Source: a virus
Lineage: Duplodnaviria; Caudoviricetes
DNA length: 26,828 nucleotides
Direction: 5' to 3' (one strand)
Virus record (IMG/VR): IMGVR_UViG_3300032087_001786
Coordinates: 1 to 26,828 of that record
The notes below the pieces were generated by a model that had not been told where the DNA came from, did no database searches, and saw only the letters and a list, made by a program, of their open reading frames with translations. The position numbers and the translations under genes were made by a program. Every line of letters begins with the position of its first letter. Within the stretch, counting starts at the first letter, position 1. Shown here piece by piece: positions 1 to 8,889 of this stretch.

Positions 1-69
1 TCTAAGGTCTTGCGTATCATACAGCGTAGCAAGGCTAGTGTAATAGTCATACTCTATTTCGTCCATCAT
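1..69 (-). CDS. Hypothetical protein, 5' part only (runs off window)
   Basis: ATG ATG at 69/66 overlaps the DNA polymerase TGA; reads MMDEIEYDYYTSLATLYDTQDLR with no stop before the edge. Confidence 0.55.
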   Translation of the reverse strand, partial: MMDEIEYDYYTSLATLYDTQDLR

Positions 70-1943
70 CAATGCGTCTCTGCCCATGATTGTCCGACCT
101 TGTACTCACCGTCGAGTTGTACATTCAGCTTCAGTTCTTTACCTGCTACACGAATAGCTTGAACTGCTAGTTGTCCGAATGCTTCTGCTTTATCTGGTAC
201 AACTTCTGCTTGGAACTCGTCGTGGATATTTGCGACAAATGCGTATTCTCTGCCGTGCTGCCATCTATGTTTACCGAGTGCGTGGAACAATTGAATAAGT
301 GCTACCTTCATACACACCGCTCCGGCTGATTGAAGTAACATGTTCAGTGCTGCGTGACTACTGCGTATGCGTAACACCCGACCGTCTAGTCCCATCAGTG
401 TACCACCGTGTTCTACTTTCTTTTGTATGTCTTGTTGTAGTCTTTTCAGTGCTGGTAGGTTAGATAGGAACTTACGCTTTAACATTTGTCCGTCTCTAGC
501 TGTACCTCCTACGATGTCTCCAATCTTTGCATCACCTGCTCCGTAAAGAAAAGCATAGATGAATGTCTTAGCTTGGTCTCGTGTCTCCAGTCCAGCAGCT
601 TGTTGATTAGCCGTGTGTATATCTCCTTCTGTTACGATCTTTCCGTACTCTCCTCCGTCGTAGAATGCTAAGTAATGTGCTAACATCCGTAGCTCCAACC
701 CACTAGCATCACATCCCACCAACTTCTTACCACTACCCGCACCGAACAATCCTCGACACTCTTCACCGTATGGTACACGACAAGCAGGAACCTGTGCTAC
801 ATTAGGATTGCTGTGTGTACATCTTCCCGTCACTGCTCCATTTGTATTTACTGCTCCGTGTATTCTTCCCTTCTTAGCCAGCTTCAACCACGCTTGTTCC
901 CCTTCTGCTAACTGACCAAGTCTTTTCTGTACTAATAGATAGTCTAACAACTTCTGTGCTATCGGATGATCGATCTTCTTTAACACTCCTTCATCTACTT
1001 TAGGTGTGGTAGCATCTGGTTCTTTTGGCAGATCGTATCCGAGGTCAGATAAAGCTTTCGCTATTTGTTGTCTACTACCAGGGTTAAACAGTGTAGTCTT
1101 CTTCTTGTTACCCTGCTTCTTAGCCTCTTTTAATAATGTCTGCTTTAGTCCTCTAGCTTTCAGTTCTTCTTTTAGCTTTACCTTAGTCTTAGCAGTAAAG
1201 ACTTCTATCTTGTCATCTTCCTTTATTGTTAGCGACCAACCAGCTGGACTCTTCATCTCTTCCACCTTCGGTGCTACCATCTGTTGCAACTCGTCTTTTA
1301 ACTCTGCTCGTATAGATGTAAGTTTGGCTGTCAGTCTGTCTGCTTTATCAAGATCAAAGCTGAAACCGTGTCGCTCTTGTTGACTGATGATAAATGCAAA
1401 CCAATGTTCGATAGCGATCATCTGCTTGCTTGGCTCTTGCTTGATTAGATAATCGTACAACAACTGTGTAACTATACAATCACGCTCGCAGTACTTCCGC
1501 ATCTCATCGTTGTAGTGATCGAATGCACCGTCCTCTTCTCCGTATGTCAGCTTCGTAGCTTTATTCATCCGGTGTCCCCAAGCTTTCAGTGAGTGACTAC
1601 CTACAAGTTTAGGATCGAAGTTGTTACGACCGAAGTCCTCGTTGCGTAGGTCAGAGAAGATGCACCTAGATAATACTAAGGTATCTACTACTTTAATCAG
1701 AGGTGGAGAGAATCCGTACAGCTTCTTCAAAGCAGGGATATCAAACTTAATAACATTGTGTCCAACGAGCGTGTCTGCTTCTGCTAGTGCTGTCAGTCCA
1801 CGGTGTATACTATCTCCTGCAAAGGTCACCATCTTAGGAGTCATTGGGTCGTACACCGACAAGCAGTGTACCGTATGTAAGTCCGACAGTGTAGCCCAGT
1901 CTTTAATCTTATTAGTTTCTATATCAAAGAATAGTGTTCTCAT
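69..1943 (-). CDS. Family A DNA polymerase, T7 gp5-like, with 3'-5' exonuclease domain
   Basis: ExoI FFDIET, ExoII GHNVIKFD, ExoIII YCERD; TGRCTHSNPN; motif A DASGLELR; motif B RDQAKTFIYAFLYG; motif C NIHDEFQ. Confidence 0.98.
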   Translation of the reverse strand: MRTLFFDIETNKIKDWATLSDLHTVHCLSVYDPMTPKMVTFAGDSIHRGLTALAEADTLVGHNVIKFDIPALKKLYGFSPPLIKVVDTLVLSRCIFSDLRNEDFGRNNFDPKLVGSHSLKAWGHRMNKATKLTYGEEDGAFDHYNDEMRKYCERDCIVTQLLYDYLIKQEPSKQMIAIEHWFAFIISQQERHGFSFDLDKADRLTAKLTSIRAELKDELQQMVAPKVEEMKSPAGWSLTIKEDDKIEVFTAKTKVKLKEELKARGLKQTLLKEAKKQGNKKKTTLFNPGSRQQIAKALSDLGYDLPKEPDATTPKVDEGVLKKIDHPIAQKLLDYLLVQKRLGQLAEGEQAWLKLAKKGRIHGAVNTNGAVTGRCTHSNPNVAQVPACRVPYGEECRGLFGAGSGKKLVGCDASGLELRMLAHYLAFYDGGEYGKIVTEGDIHTANQQAAGLETRDQAKTFIYAFLYGAGDAKIGDIVGGTARDGQMLKRKFLSNLPALKRLQQDIQKKVEHGGTLMGLDGRVLRIRSSHAALNMLLQSAGAVCMKVALIQLFHALGKHRWQHGREYAFVANIHDEFQAEVVPDKAEAFGQLAVQAIRVAGKELKLNVQLDGEYKVGQSWAETH

Positions 1944-2242
1944 AGTCTGTCTATTGCTTTCTTAGTTGAGAAGTCTTCGGTACTACCATCCCATCTTTTA
2001 ATCCAGAAACATCTACCTCTCCAGTTTGGGTTGGGTGTCTCTCCTACAAAGAATCTTTTAATACCTGTTCCTATCTTCTGTTCACTTTTAGGGTGACTGT
2101 ATACTAAATCTTTCAGTACCCAAAACAATTCATCTGCCTCTTTAACATCGTCACCCATCTCCGCACTTTGTAAGTGTTTAGATATATAACCAGTGACACT
2201 AGTCTTGGTTGGGAATAATTCGTTACCTAGTTTTATACTCAT
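1940..2242 (-). CDS. DUF3223 / DCL-family protein
   Basis: Pattern HP-x4-KIG-x-GI-x2-F-x-V...RCF-x-I-x-R-x-DG-x2-EDFS-x-KK matches DUF3223 as recalled; tightly coupled to both neighbours. Confidence 0.85.
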   Translation of the reverse strand: MSIKLGNELFPTKTSVTGYISKHLQSAEMGDDVKEADELFWVLKDLVYSHPKSEQKIGTGIKRFFVGETPNPNWRGRCFWIKRWDGSTEDFSTKKAIDRL

Positions 2243-2244
2243 AT

Positions 2245-3825
2245 TTAGAATGGTTCATTATTTGTTTCTTCATTAAAGGTACTAGCTCTCTCTTCCTCGG
2301 TGCATCGTCCGGTATCTATGTTGTAATACAATGTACTACAGTGTCCGGTCTCACCGCTGAATCGATTCTTCAGTACTCTTACTTTTGTTTCGTTGGATAG
2401 CCTGTCGCTCTGTTGGTTGCGTTCCAGTCCGATAACCATGTCCGATAGCTGTGCTATTGCTTGACTACCTCGGAGGTGATGCAGACTTACTCGTCCGCCC
2501 TCCTCATGTCCAGTATCCACACGCTTCAGATGACTGACCAATACCATACCGCACCCTGTCTCTTCTACTAGAGATCGTAGCTTGGTCATAGTATTATCTA
2601 TCAGTCTGCGTTCATCGTCTCCCTGTATCCCACTAACAACAATCGATAGGTGATCTAGGAATATCCATTTACAATCGAATCCTTTAATCAGATACCTAAT
2701 CTTAGATAACAGATTGTCACTCTCCATACTCCCGAAGTGATCGTAGGTGTAGAACTTACCGTTACCCACAGTCTTATCAAACGCAGGTCTCATCTCCTTC
2801 TCATCTAACATATCATCATCTAGATGCAATGGTTTGTTCATGTGTATTCCAAGGATACCTAGTGCTGTACGCCTGACGGATTCTTCAAGAGCTATGTAAC
2901 CTACAGTCTCACCCAGTCCTAACAGATGGTGTGCTATCTCACGACAGAACAACGACTTGCCGATACCACTACCAGCAGTAACAGTTACAAGTTCACCCAA
3001 CCTCATACCGTGAGTGATACTGTTCAGTCCGATAAACGGATACGGTTTGCTTTTGTGTTCCTCCTTGTGGCTGATAACATCCCAGAGTTCCTTACCGTTT
3101 ACGATACCGTCCGGTCTGTACTCACGAGCGTCGAACAAGCACTGTACTAACTCTTTACTACGGTTAGCTACAAGCATGTCGTTAGCATCCTTTAGTGGTA
3201 GTTCTGCGATGTGTGCTTTCCCTGGTGTTAAGAGTGCTGCACATTCTGCTGCTCCCTTTCGTCCGACATCATCCATGTCAAAGCAGAAGACAACTTGTTC
3301 ATAACGATCTAACCAATCGATGGCTTGTGCTATAAACTTCTTAGCTGCCCCTGCTCCGTTAGGTACACTGACGACTGGCCATTTGTTATCGAAAGCTTGG
3401 CTGATACTCAGAGCATCTACCTCTCCCTCACATACAACGACTCGTCTACCTCCGTCTCGCCAAAGGTGCTGACCGTACAGTCCAATCAACTCACCTCTAA
3501 CTCTGAAACTTTTGTCAGCAAACCTAAGCTTCTGAGCACATGTCTTACCGTCTCTTGTTTTATAGTTAGCGATCTGTACAGGTTGACCATCCACCACACC
3601 CATCCAATACCCCCACTTACGGCAGGTATCTTCAGACAGGTTTCTTCGGGCGATTGCTTGAGGCTGACCACTTACAAACTCTCTCGGTGTTGGTGCAGTC
3701 ATTCGTTCTCCTCCCCCTCCGTGACGGTCACAACTGAAACAGTGCCAGCTTCCGTCGTCGTTTGTGGCTCGTGCATCACTACTCCCGCACTTTGGGCATG
3801 GTTGGTGTGTGTTTGTGAAAGCCAT
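2245..3825 (-). CDS. Primase-helicase, T7 gp4-like
   Basis: Zn ribbon CPKC..CFSC; TOPRIM EGEVD and FDMDDVG; KDAND; Walker A AGSGIGKS; FLDHLS; LVSHL; LRGSQAIAQLSD; LKNRFSGETG; acidic tail ending in F. Confidence 0.98.
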   Translation of the reverse strand: MAFTNTHQPCPKCGSSDARATNDDGSWHCFSCDRHGGGGERMTAPTPREFVSGQPQAIARRNLSEDTCRKWGYWMGVVDGQPVQIANYKTRDGKTCAQKLRFADKSFRVRGELIGLYGQHLWRDGGRRVVVCEGEVDALSISQAFDNKWPVVSVPNGAGAAKKFIAQAIDWLDRYEQVVFCFDMDDVGRKGAAECAALLTPGKAHIAELPLKDANDMLVANRSKELVQCLFDAREYRPDGIVNGKELWDVISHKEEHKSKPYPFIGLNSITHGMRLGELVTVTAGSGIGKSLFCREIAHHLLGLGETVGYIALEESVRRTALGILGIHMNKPLHLDDDMLDEKEMRPAFDKTVGNGKFYTYDHFGSMESDNLLSKIRYLIKGFDCKWIFLDHLSIVVSGIQGDDERRLIDNTMTKLRSLVEETGCGMVLVSHLKRVDTGHEEGGRVSLHHLRGSQAIAQLSDMVIGLERNQQSDRLSNETKVRVLKNRFSGETGHCSTLYYNIDTGRCTEEERASTFNEETNNEPF

Positions 3826-4199
3826 GATTTTGGTATAGTTTTATTTGCATATATTATTTTTTTCTTTTCGCACCAACGAGCGTAAGTGGTGTCACTTCCT
3901 TTCCGTATCTTGTTGGAAGCATTCATAAATACTAGTCGGATGTCTAGGTGTGGATGTTGTTCACGGACTAGTAAATGCTTCGTTCGATCCTCCACCGTCC
4001 ATACACCCTTAGCTTCAATGATGATGCCGTTGGGTAGTATGAAGTCGGGAGTATAAGTTGCTACTTTTCTGTACTCTAGCTTTACTGTTTCGTACTCAAA
4101 AGCAACACCACTACGCTTAAGCTGGTTAGCTAATGTTTGTTCAAATCCAGAGCGGTATCTAGAAGTTCGCGATGACCTCTTCTTCCGTTTCTTCCGCAT
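3699..4199 (-). CDS. Endonuclease I / Holliday junction resolvase, T7 gp3-like
   Basis: YRSGFE, YTPDF, IIEAKG, HPHLDIRLVF, YARWCEK. ATG at 4199 (GTG at 4208 also possible). Overlaps SSB at its 5' end and primase by 127 nt at its 3' end. Confidence 0.95.
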   Translation of the reverse strand: MRKKRKKRSSRTSRYRSGFEQTLANQLKRSGVAFEYETVKLEYRKVATYTPDFILPNGIIIEAKGVWTVEDRTKHLLVREQHPHLDIRLVFMNASNKIRKGSDTTYARWCEKKKIIYANKTIPKSWLSQTHTNHAQSAGVVMHEPQTTTEAGTVSVVTVTEGEENE

Positions 4200-4818
4200 C
4201 GAATCCACCCTCTAAGTTTTCACCACCGTTAACAAATCCTTCTTCAAGTGGTGTTAATCCGAAGTGCTCTGCTGCTTTAGCTGTTACACCTGTTTCACCT
4301 AGCTTGACAATTTGTACTGCAAGTAGTTGGAACGATACACCAAAACCTCTTGATGGTACATACCAAAACTTAGGACGATGGGTAACAATAATATCACTAC
4401 CACTCCATAGTTTTAGATCGTTGTACTGTTCTTCCGGTATAGCTTGAGCTTTTGAATCAAAAATAGCTATCGGTGCAGTAGCAACCATAACTCCTTGTTC
4501 ATTTCTCCAGCCTCCAGACTTCTTAATCTTTACTAAATATCCACCATCAACTTCTTCAATAGGAAATTCTGTCTGTGCAATCTTTTTACCGGGATGTTCC
4601 TCCTGTATCTTACGAAGTTCTTCTTCATACAGTGGACGCAGTGTAGCTTTTAACTGCTCAGCCTCTTCCTTAGTAACAACGATGTTTGCTTCATAAGTAC
4701 CTAGTTCATTAGGAGTACCTGGCTTTGCAAACCGTGTGTTAGGTTGAGTGATGTGTGGGTATCTAGCGATCCCTCGTGTATGTATCTGTGGTTGTTTTGT
4801 TCTAGCTTTTATACTCAT
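4159..4818 (-). CDS. Single-stranded DNA-binding protein, T7 gp2.5-like
   Basis: G-x-A-x-YP-x-I-x2-PNTRF, LWSGS, GVSFQLLAVQIVKL; acidic C-terminal tail ending in Phe; lies between RNAP and endonuclease. Confidence 0.9.
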   Translation of the reverse strand: MSIKARTKQPQIHTRGIARYPHITQPNTRFAKPGTPNELGTYEANIVVTKEEAEQLKATLRPLYEEELRKIQEEHPGKKIAQTEFPIEEVDGGYLVKIKKSGGWRNEQGVMVATAPIAIFDSKAQAIPEEQYNDLKLWSGSDIIVTHRPKFWYVPSRGFGVSFQLLAVQIVKLGETGVTAKAAEHFGLTPLEEGFVNGGENLEGGFDAEETEEEVIANF

Positions 4819-4836
4819 TATTTATCTATCAGTGTG

Positions 4837-7179
4837 TTAAGAAAGTAGATACTTGCTACGCAATACTGCGGAAACATCTAAGTCTCCAAGTTCCGGCACG
4901 GTTGGCAGTTCTACTTTCGGGTTCATGTTGATTTGCTCCATTCGGAACTCGGTCAGGAGATCAACATTAAATGTTTTTGTGTAAGCTCTACGGACATATC
5001 CGTGTATTTGTTTAGCGTTACAAGCGTGTGTCACAAAGCAGTCATGTATGGTTGCTAAGTCAAAGTCAACTTGATTCGCTACTTGATGTACAATACATGC
5101 GTCCAGACTGTGGATAAAGTTAGCAGTCACTGCGTTGCCTTGTCCCTTCGGATCAATCTTATCAGCTAATTCAGTTGCTTGAATAGTAACACTTAGGTTT
5201 TGAAACACACTCTCTACATCTATCTTTTTATATTTACGGTAGCTTTGTATTACTTTAAATCCAGTCGGTGTTGTCCATGTAATAGCTGAGTCATAACCTA
5301 AAGCTCGTACACTCTCTCTTAAAAAGTTCATTACTTTATTAACAGGACGACATACTTTGTTAGCTAATCGGTTAACTATTCTACTGATCCAGATAACAGC
5401 AGCTAACATCTCACCTGTACTAGTCCACGGATGATTAATTCCTATACTCTTAAATAAATCCTGTACTAAATTATAGTGGGTAGCACCGTACGGTCTGTTC
5501 ATCACTGCTAACTTAGCAAGCTTCCTACTAAACCCATACTTCATCCAGCTTTGTGCTAGTGTACCACCGTCTTTCTTCAGCTCATCGTACACCATATCAC
5601 TGAACTCAGTGTACATATCATTAGCCTTGTCTTCTTCCACCAGGTTGCACATGCGTCCAGTATTTTTATCTCTCAACAACAGACTTAATATCTGCATACC
5701 ATTGTTACTACAATCTTGACGGACAGGTAAGCGTGATACATATCCGTACCCCTCCTCTGTAAATTGTTTGTACTCTAAACAAAACCGCAGGAAACAGAAC
5801 GGATCGGATGCTTCAGTCCACCAATCAGTACCGTGTGGATCATTCGCAGCTTCAAGTATAAAGTCTTTGCGTTTCTCTACCCACTCCAGTCTTTCCTCTC
5901 GTGTCCCCTTCACTCCCCACATGTTCGCACCGTGTACAAGTACCGCTTCCATGTCCTCTTCATCTACCACTTGCTGACCGTTGTGAAAGTCTAACAAACT
6001 CTTAGCTAAGTCAGTACCCTGTGGATGTAAGTAGTAAGGTAAAGCGTAAACCCTGCCCCTGTAATCACAACGATACGGAAAGTACATCTTGTCCCAGCTT
6101 TTATATATCTTAGCTAGGTGTAGAATCCTACATGTCTGATACCTCTTACTATTATTAGCATCGTTTGCTTGTTTAATATCTTTCTGTTTTAATTTCCAAG
6201 CTCGTAGCTCGTGCGGACAGTCACCGGTGTATCTAGGTTGTTCAGGTATCGTACCAAAGTTAGGAATGTTCCCAACAACTCGCTCGTTCTCCCAACACTT
6301 CAACACGATGTCTAACATGTCTGTATTGATCTGCCACTCGACCTGTTGTAACTTATTACAAGCGGACATAGCGTGGTGATAACTCTTTTCGTAGTCTTCA
6401 AACCATTCGACAGGTTTACCAGTGAAAAACTTTTGAGGAGGCATGTGCTTGACGCTGTACCCACCACCTATCAAACCGTACCAGTCAACAGGACGGTCAG
6501 GTAATGCCATCTTAAATACACGAGTCGTCTCCTTCCATGAATCAAAGCGTTGTACCCAATCTTTAAACTGCTCGGTTGGTACGACTATGCGTTCCGGTTT
6601 GTGTCCCTTCTGTCCACCTGTGTTAAATCCAATCTCAAACAACCCAGTCTCTATCCTTATCTCTTCCAGTAACCACGCACCTAATGCAGTCTTACATTTA
6701 CTATCCCACAGTGTAAACCGTTCCTCCTCATAGTGATAAAACTGTTTCAACTTCATAGCTTTCGACCGATCATCCAGTGCTAACAGGTCAAGCTTGTTCG
6801 GATGCATAGTCTCTAACGCTTTGTCCCACCGTGCTTGGTTCTCAAATGCTTTACCTATCTTGTAAGCCATCCTACCAACAGGTAAGTTATACTGGAGGTT
6901 ATCAAGGAATGTTTGTATGGCTAACACGCTTACCTGATACGGGCACATGTCTAATATGAAGGTAAGAAACAACGGTGTTGTGTGTTCAGTGTTGCCTCCA
7001 AAGGTGTACATGAAATCCTCTACCCTCTTACCCAATCTAGGTGACATTACTCTAAGCATTCTCTTCGCAGATTCCGTCTTACTAGACTCACCCTCTGCTC
7101 GTAGCTTGGCTTGTCGGTTACGGTACTGTGTCCGTCCCCACTCACGCATCCGCCAAACATGTCCTCGTGTATCACTCAT
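4837..7179 (-). CDS. Single-subunit DNA-dependent RNA polymerase, T7 gp1-like
   Basis: DYRGRVY, HPQGTDLAKSLL, motif A QDCSNNGMQ, motif B RKLAKLAVMNRPYG, WTTPTGF, NFIHSLDA, motif C IHDCF. Confidence 0.98.
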   Translation of the reverse strand: MSDTRGHVWRMREWGRTQYRNRQAKLRAEGESSKTESAKRMLRVMSPRLGKRVEDFMYTFGGNTEHTTPLFLTFILDMCPYQVSVLAIQTFLDNLQYNLPVGRMAYKIGKAFENQARWDKALETMHPNKLDLLALDDRSKAMKLKQFYHYEEERFTLWDSKCKTALGAWLLEEIRIETGLFEIGFNTGGQKGHKPERIVVPTEQFKDWVQRFDSWKETTRVFKMALPDRPVDWYGLIGGGYSVKHMPPQKFFTGKPVEWFEDYEKSYHHAMSACNKLQQVEWQINTDMLDIVLKCWENERVVGNIPNFGTIPEQPRYTGDCPHELRAWKLKQKDIKQANDANNSKRYQTCRILHLAKIYKSWDKMYFPYRCDYRGRVYALPYYLHPQGTDLAKSLLDFHNGQQVVDEEDMEAVLVHGANMWGVKGTREERLEWVEKRKDFILEAANDPHGTDWWTEASDPFCFLRFCLEYKQFTEEGYGYVSRLPVRQDCSNNGMQILSLLLRDKNTGRMCNLVEEDKANDMYTEFSDMVYDELKKDGGTLAQSWMKYGFSRKLAKLAVMNRPYGATHYNLVQDLFKSIGINHPWTSTGEMLAAVIWISRIVNRLANKVCRPVNKVMNFLRESVRALGYDSAITWTTPTGFKVIQSYRKYKKIDVESVFQNLSVTIQATELADKIDPKGQGNAVTANFIHSLDACIVHQVANQVDFDLATIHDCFVTHACNAKQIHGYVRRAYTKTFNVDLLTEFRMEQINMNPKVELPTVPELGDLDVSAVLRSKYLLS

Positions 7180-7415
7180 GTATTGTACAGGTTATTAAAC
7201 CAATCCTTTGTCATTATTCTTTGCTTGTTCGTGCGATAAGCTATTAACTTACCGTCCTCGTCACGGACATACTCACCGTTCTTATCCCGCTTGAATCCAG
7301 TGATCTCTGTGTTACTCCAGAAGTGACGACATCCCTCATGCAATGCCTTCTGATCGATCTTAGTATCCCACGGAATATCAGTTAGTTCTGTCTCGTAATA
7401 CTCTTTGTAGTTCAT
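7176..7415 (-). CDS. Hypothetical early protein (79 aa)
   Basis: Stop overlaps the RNAP start (ATGA). Confidence 0.75.
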   Translation of the reverse strand: MNYKEYYETELTDIPWDTKIDQKALHEGCRHFWSNTEITGFKRDKNGEYVRDEDGKLIAYRTNKQRIMTKDWFNNLYNT

Positions 7416-7473
7416 CTCTCAGTATGTCAGCTTCAGCTTCCCAGAAGATACCTTTATTCTTCTCTTGGGTCAT
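7378..7473 (-). CDS. Small hypothetical protein (31 aa, MTQEKNKGIFWEAEADILRDELQRVLRDRTN)
   Basis: 3' half of track ORF 7378..7578, started at the ATG at 7473, which overlaps the end of the preceding gene. Confidence 0.4.
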   Translation of the reverse strand: MTQEKNKGIFWEAEADILRDELQRVLRDRTN

Positions 7474-7627
7474 CGATGTTGTAGTAGAACAGGTACTCTT
7501 CAACTTCTTCCTCGGTTTTAAGTACGCTAATGTTCTCCAGATGATACTCTCTTTCTCGTCTTTCTTTTTCTGCTTCATAATAATGATCTTCGTAAGGTTC
7601 GGTTAACCATGTGTCGTAGCTACTCAT
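7454..7627 (-). CDS. Small acidic hypothetical protein (57 aa, MSSYDTWLTEPYEDHYYEAEKE...DDPREE)
   Basis: Translated by hand (below track cutoff); start overlaps the upstream gene's end; Glu/Tyr-rich. Confidence 0.7.
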   Translation of the reverse strand: MSSYDTWLTEPYEDHYYEAEKERREREYHLENISVLKTEEEVEEYLFYYNIDDPREE

Positions 7628-7778
7628 CTTCTAATTTTTCAAGGTGTTCTTTGTATAGTTGAAGGGACAGGTAAAGGTCAAGCCATCTTCCGTCCAACTC
7701 TCGGTTCATGTCATTATTAAACATGTGGAACATAAGTTCCTCGGTCATGTCTATTGGGTCAAGTAATATCTCTTTCAT
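7620..7778 (-). CDS. Small hypothetical protein (52 aa, MKEILLDPIDMTEELMF...KLEDE)
   Basis: Translated by hand; ATGA coupling with the upstream peptide gene. Confidence 0.7.
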   Translation of the reverse strand: MKEILLDPIDMTEELMFHMFNNDMNRELDGRWLDLYLSLQLYKEHLEKLEDE

Positions 7779-7852
7779 AGTTCGTCATACATCCAAGCTA
7801 AGATTAAAAGCCCAACAATTATAAAGCATCCAAATCCAAGCGTTGTTATCAT
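7775..7852 (-). CDS. Small single-TM peptide (25 aa, MITTLGFGCFIIVGLLILAWMYDEL)
   Basis: Translated by hand; AGGAG upstream; an in-frame alternative ATG at 7873 overlaps the previous stop. Confidence 0.6.
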   Translation of the reverse strand: MITTLGFGCFIIVGLLILAWMYDEL

Positions 7853-7869
7853 ATATTCTCCTTCGGTTA

Positions 7870-8232
7870 TCATGCTTGTTGGTAAGTGTTCCAAGATTCC
7901 TGTAAAGATTCATCCTCGTCCCATACTTTCTTACCTTGTGCGATGATCTCTTCAATAATAAATGGGTGTGTGTGCTTACCTAAAACTTCGTACTCTTCCC
8001 TAGTAATCTCGGTTACATTATCAACGGAAACAATACGATCATTCGACCAAGCTTCTCCGTTGTCCTCGTCAATCCAATCAATACTGAATTGCCAAGATAA
8101 GAAATAGTTCTTCCAGTTATCACCCCAGTTCTCTTTCGGTTGAGTTGAACGGACAGGTATAAGATCCGTATATTCATTGAATCCGTCTTGTGTGTGGTCG
8201 GTTATTAAGTAGTAGTTCATAGTATTATTCAT
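7870..8232 (-). CDS. Hypothetical early protein (120 aa, Trp/acidic-rich)
   Basis: ORF in early cluster; start could be 8220. Confidence 0.8.
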   Translation of the reverse strand: MNNTMNYYLITDHTQDGFNEYTDLIPVRSTQPKENWGDNWKNYFLSWQFSIDWIDEDNGEAWSNDRIVSVDNVTEITREEYEVLGKHTHPFIIEEIIAQGKKVWDEDESLQESWNTYQQA

Positions 8233-8260
8233 TATTCATTAGTAGTAGTAGTAGTTCTAT

Positions 8261-8446
8261 TTAGTAGTCGGTTGATTTAATTACTTTGCAGATGTTGCAG
8301 GAGTAACAATTATCATTAATGATTTGATTGTCATACGCTTCCTGTGCTTCTGCTAGTGTTTCGTAATTGATGTAACGATCTTGTAGGTTACCTTTTATAT
8401 CTCTAAAGATATAAGCTAGGATGTAAGTTTCTGTAGTAGTATTCAT
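8261..8446 (-). CDS. Hypothetical early protein (61 aa)
   Basis: Start overlaps the upstream stop (TAATG). Confidence 0.7.
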   Translation of the reverse strand: MNTTTETYILAYIFRDIKGNLQDRYINYETLAEAQEAYDNQIINDNCYSCNICKVIKSTDY

Positions 8447-8664
8447 TATTTTATTGGGTTGTTAGTTGTTTGTCTTATCATTCCTTCAATCGTACTCGGT
8501 TGCCTAGATAACAACTCGTCTTGTAGTTCAATCAATCGGTCACGGACAGTTACATTATCAGTTAATTTTTCAGCAACGGACAGGTAATGATCGATCAAAG
8601 TCTGGATAGATATATCGTCAAGCGTGGAAAGATCAGATGGATTAGTTGTCATCTTCGGTTTCAA
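8446..8664 (-). CDS. Hypothetical early protein (~70 aa)
   Basis: ORF in tightly packed cluster; true start may be the ATG at 8652. Confidence 0.7.
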   Translation of the reverse strand: MKPKMTTNPSDLSTLDDISIQTLIDHYLSVAEKLTDNVTVRDRLIELQDELLSRQPSTIEGMIRQTTNNPIK

Positions 8665-8866
8665 GAATATCCTTTCTCATGTTCTCAACAGTATAGTCAC
8701 CATTGGCTAAGTCCATAAAGGTTTCAACAATTCCAGAGTAAGACCAGTCAGGATCACCTAACCACTCTATGATTTGTTCTTTTGTAAAGCGGGTAGGTAA
8801 GTCTTCAGTAGGTTCACCATTGTTAGCGTTGTCTAAATCAGGGTTAATATCTTTTAGTAGGTTCAT
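8642..8866 (-). CDS. Hypothetical acidic early protein (74 aa)
   Basis: ORF with an A-rich leader. Confidence 0.75.
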   Translation of the reverse strand: MNLLKDINPDLDNANNGEPTEDLPTRFTKEQIIEWLGDPDWSYSGIVETFMDLANGDYTVENMRKDILETEDDN

Positions 8867-8889
8867 TATTCGGTTTTCTTTCTATTTGT

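Noticed and set aside
3486-3671. 61-aa minus-strand ORF inside the primase gene
   Set aside because: It is fully nested out of frame, with no motif or supporting start context.
7378-7578. 66-aa ORF as given in the track
   Set aside because: Its 5' half overlaps a better-coupled 57-aa ORF (7454..7627) in another frame; only the part from ATG 7473 is kept, at low confidence.
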